Below are positions 21,331-24,924 of a stretch of DNA of 24,924 bases, piece after piece. The translations under genes were made by a program, and so were the position numbers. This stretch comes from Octopus sinensis (Eukaryota), in the NCBI RefSeq assembly GCF_006345805.1, contig NW_021834141.1, forward strand, positions 1 to 24,924. Reading direction: 5' to 3'. Within the stretch, counting starts at the first letter, position 1. Every line of letters starts with the position of its first letter. The notes under the pieces are model-generated. The model searched no databases. It saw only the letters and a list, made by a program, of their open reading frames with translations, and was not told where the DNA came from.

Positions 21331-21629
21331 GAGGTATTCACGTGATTTGTTAGTTTTAGATGTTTGGGAGTATTAGAACGTGTTTTTAAGTCTCAATAAA
21401 TTTTGTTCATGTCTTAGTAAAGTATTAAAATGGTTTGATCGTAGGGTTAATTAGACTGGTACCTTTATTGGCCATATCTGGGAATAAGGAAACTGTCTTT
21501 TAGTAAAGAGGGACTTATTAGGAGTGTATGTGAAGTATATAAGTTTAAATTGCTTACAATCATATATATCAGTAAGTATTAACAGACGGTTTAGACAAGA
21601 AATTTTTATTCATTAGCACAATCATTAAC

Positions 21630-21667
21630 AAAATAGAGAAGTTAACTAATTTGGATGAGTCGCCGAG
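21630..21667 (-). repeat. 38-bp copy of the CRE-like element 3' terminus
   Basis: 37/38 identical to 23513-23550 (aaaatagagaagttaactaattt[g/a]gatgagtcgccgag). Confidence 0.9.
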
Positions 21668-23512
21668 CGGGTGACAATCGTCTTCACGCTTCCGCATACG
21701 GACAAATGGATTAGTCCTTGATTTTATTGTCTCGGCGTTTGGAAAGTCACGTTTTTCGAGATTGGGGTGCTCGAATGCTTGTTGTATAAAGAAACAATTG
21801 ATTTGATCAGTTGAATTGAAAAAAGTTATGAAATGATCCATTGACTTATTTCGCTGTAGAAATACATTTTGGCGCAAACATTTGGAATTTATATTTAATA
21901 TATTATCGTTTTTAGTCGAAAAATGTATTTTTGGTCACATTAGTGACTATATTTATCGATGTTGTAGAATATATATGTATAGTTTGAATATATGATTAAG
22001 TAAATTAATTCTTCTGACCCAAATACCCTCAAAAAATAGGTCTAAAAATCCAATGGTTTAAAATTCGGTTCCCAATATGCAAGTTTTTTAATATTTATTT
22101 TAAAATGATTCCCCATTTTAGAAAATAATGTCTATTTTTAAAAGTAAAGAGTCTTCTTGCCAAACTGGGAGACCGATCTCAGATTCCACAATTGTAGCTG
22201 TTTCTCAGTAAGTTCCGATTATTTTTAAATGTTTTTGTCTGGTTTATTGGTGGAGTTATTTTTGCTGCAATTGGTCTGCACGCTCTATGTTCTTTTTTTG
22301 CAGTCTGCGGAGGAAGGTTTTTGGCAAATTATCTTTTTGTTAAAACTAGAATGTTCTGGTTTATTTGTTGTAGTCAATTATATGGATCTGCTTAAATTAA
22401 AATTAAGAAGAGACTATCGATCGACTATTTTAAGATTTATTTTAATTGATAATTTTATATTCATAAAACTTTTTTGGATTAGGTCAGGGATTCTTAACTG
22501 CAGCTCACTAGAATTCAATTCCATCTTCGAAAGATTCAGGAAAGTTAAATTGACTTATTTATCACGTTGAATTATTCGGATTGTTGTGTTAAATTGGTAG
22601 ATTAAAACTCCACCTTCGAAAGATTGCATTATTATTAAACATCCTTTTCAATAGTATTTAATATCTCAAAAATCATAATATTTTTAATGCCACAAAAATT
22701 TCAGTTCTCAACTCATCAAAGTCCATTTATTCGTACTTGAAAACACGGCTTACAACAGAAAAAAAATTCATGGATAATTTTGGATAAAATGCTTTGAAAT
22801 TTATTGTTTTGCAGTAATTGACGAATTCAGGAATTACAAATTTGAAGACTCAATTTCGTTTTATCCTACCCGCGTCACGTAACATGTCAAGATCCTCTCT
22901 ATCTTTAAGACGTTTGAGATCCTTGACCGGCCTCCAAAACGTGTTGCGTACAAGGTCTCCATCTTGCCTCCAGAATGTCCTCCAAGATTGGCATGATTCT
23001 TGTTTTCTAGTAGAGGATTCTATACACCACTCTAGATTGATTTCGCAAAGACAGGATTTGTAGTATCTGATCTTTGTGAAATAAGTTCAGCTTTTAGTAT
23101 TTCTGTCTTTTACAAGCCTATATTGTAGAAGAGTATGAGTGCATTGTAGAGACAACTCTTGTTCTCACCTAAAGTCCTCTGAGGTAAATTGATGAAAAAT
23201 ACAATTGATAAGATAATTAAAGTATTTAAGATGGTGAACAGATCGTATTATAATTTCCCCGAGTTGGTTTGGTTGTCTAGCTATCTGTCAAATCTGTAAT
23301 GAAGAAAAATTTAATTCTGATTTAAATATCAAATATTTTTGAAGTTTTCAATATAATATAAAAAATAATATATGACAAATAATAATAGTTCAGAATAGAA
23401 TTTGGCTTGGGATTGTAGATTCCTGCGGTAAAGAAGTTTGTCTGTTCCGTCGGAACATGTTAATCAAATTTTTTTTCAGAACCATAATGATTTTTTTAAT
23501 AAAATAACAAGT

Positions 23513-23970
23513 AAAATAGAGAAGTTAACTAATTTAGATGAGTCGCCGAGGGGACGGACAGGCAATTTCCACGTAATATCGCGAACGATATCCGCTGAAA
23601 AAGCCAGCTCGTTTCACGACTGTCGTGACTCCTCCTCGAGATGATTAAACCAATCTCTGAGAGGAGTTTGAGGGCTTTGGGTCCAATTATCCCACTGGTT
23701 TCGAAAGCCAGGGGAATGAAGCAGCAGGTATCGGTCAAAGAGGCATATTTTGCAGTTTTCCTAGATTCGGCAAGGGCAGATGCAGATCCAGGACGAGAAG
23801 CGGAGTCAACCAACGATGATGAAGAAAATGAGTCTACGCAGGTAACATCCCACACGAGTGCCATTCCCTCCCTGAACGGGAATAAGGTCGACCCGTCAGG
23901 GCGTTTTCCATCTCCACGGTCTAGTCCTATCGGTTCTAACATCGAGGGAAATTCAGCGGCGTATAAATAA
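23513..23970 (-). mobile_element. 5'-truncated CRE-like retrotransposon: intact restriction-like endonuclease coding segment and 3' end
   Basis: EPIGLDRGDGKRPDG.T.FP...G..L.WDVTC.D...A..AES.K..KY..L....FIPLAFET.G..G..A..LL.E.G..I.....D.RE..WL.QR.S.A..RGN is the canonical CRE-clade RLE domain. No stops within the 137 aa. Confidence 0.9.
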
Positions 23971-24613
23971 AATATTTCGCTTATTCAAATTGTTCAATTT
24001 ATTCAGTGGGATTTGTATTACTGATATGAAAGAATCATCAAGACAATTATCTTTTAGTGATTTAATTACTATAATAAACGACCAAGATGCCGACAGTATA
24101 CCCCAATAATTGTACACCTAGTTGAAACCCAGAGAGTAAAAGCCGCCCACGAGTTCCACGATTGACAAGGTTAAATTTATTATTGCAAAAATGGCCAAAA
24201 CTAATATTGAAAATAATTGAAAGTCGGAATGCAGAAAACTATACCATACTAAATGAGATTAACACCAAACTAAGTGAGATTAGGTGGCAATTATTAACAA
24301 AGAGCATGTCGAATTTACAATATCATGCGTCAAACAGGATAAAACAATTATTTTTCATGGAATAAAACGAAAAATTGAATTACATTTTCCACAATTATCA
24401 ATATCAAATTCAAGTATTGCTTGAAATCTCGATCTACGTTTCTCGTTTTTTTCTTGCGTGTGAGTCACTTTTAGACAAATTCACTGATGACAGCGTCACT
24501 CGTCAAACCCGTTTAACATCGTAAAATGAGCTTTATAAAAATATCAGACTTTTCATTAGATGAAAAATTGTTTGAGGTAAGCACGGACCAAACATGGTAT
24601 TCCAGTTAATATT

Positions 24614-24800
24614 ATGTTGGAAAATGCACCAGCTCACAGTGGTATCAAAGTTCTTCGATTGGAAGAATTTAATGATTTTCCAATGCTTAACCCCATCGAA
24701 AATGTATGGTCAAAAGTAAAAGCTTATCTGAAAAGCGACATCTTTTCTTTAAAAACCAAATTGTATTCAAAAAAGGAAAAATTTGTCAATTATTAAAGAC
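24614..24800 (+). mobile_element. Tc1/mariner-IS630 (DDE_3) transposase relic
   Basis: L(E)NAPAH...PMLNPIENVWSKVKAYLK matches DNAxxH...SPxLNPIExxW. The second Asp is Glu, and the D-to-E spacing is 25 rather than 34 residues (deletion). ORF 24162-24365 may be its N-terminal part. Confidence 0.75.
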
Positions 24801-24924
24801 AATACTTGAAAAAATAATCGTAGATAGAATAAAAACAATTACATTTAAAAATGGTGTAAACTTTATTTCTGGAATACAGGGAAATATTGGTGACACTGTA
24901 AATATGGTTAACATTACATTTTAA

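Noticed and set aside
22229-22570. 113-aa hydrophobic ORF
   Set aside because: Composition is explained by T-rich sequence, and there is no recognisable domain.
22830-23030. Minus-strand HANLGGHSGGKMETL..FWRPVKDL resembling a Gypsy integrase zinc-binding motif
   Set aside because: It needs a frameshift, lacks the CxxC pair, and no LTR or integrase core is nearby. Too weak to call.
23490-23990. AATAAAATA on both sides of the CRE RLE fragment as a TSD
   Set aside because: Low-complexity A/T sequence expected by chance, and its position relative to the element ends is ambiguous.

Overview
AT-rich eukaryotic genomic DNA, very likely from an animal with ultra-short introns, dominated by nested and decayed transposable elements. 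It is not prokaryotic, and I found no rRNA, tRNA or CRISPR array. Supported content: (1) two full-length-sized (~2.13 kb) Buster/Charlie/SPIN-type hAT transposons and one 345-bp hAT MITE, each with TIRs and a perfect 8-bp TSD; one sits inside the DLSKAF motif of an RTE-like reverse transcriptase; (2) relics of about four non-LTR retrotransposon lineages: RTE-like, Jockey/I-like, CRE-like (five fragments) and an R4/Dong-like RLE-type element (three fragments); (3) a Tc1/IS630-like DDE relic; (4) a 94-95 bp tandem repeat whose unit reads like a PIF1/Helitron helicase motif; (5) one recognisable host gene, the 3' half of a PAPS synthase (ATP sulfurylase domain), with four 23-28 nt introns, a probable GC-AG intron, a 1-nt frameshift and a rearranged 5' end. 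I see no clearly new multi-gene system. The best leads are the tiny-intron gene architecture, the R4-like element that resembles microsporidian retrotransposons, and the helicase-derived minisatellite. All family assignments come from motif recognition by eye, not from database searches.
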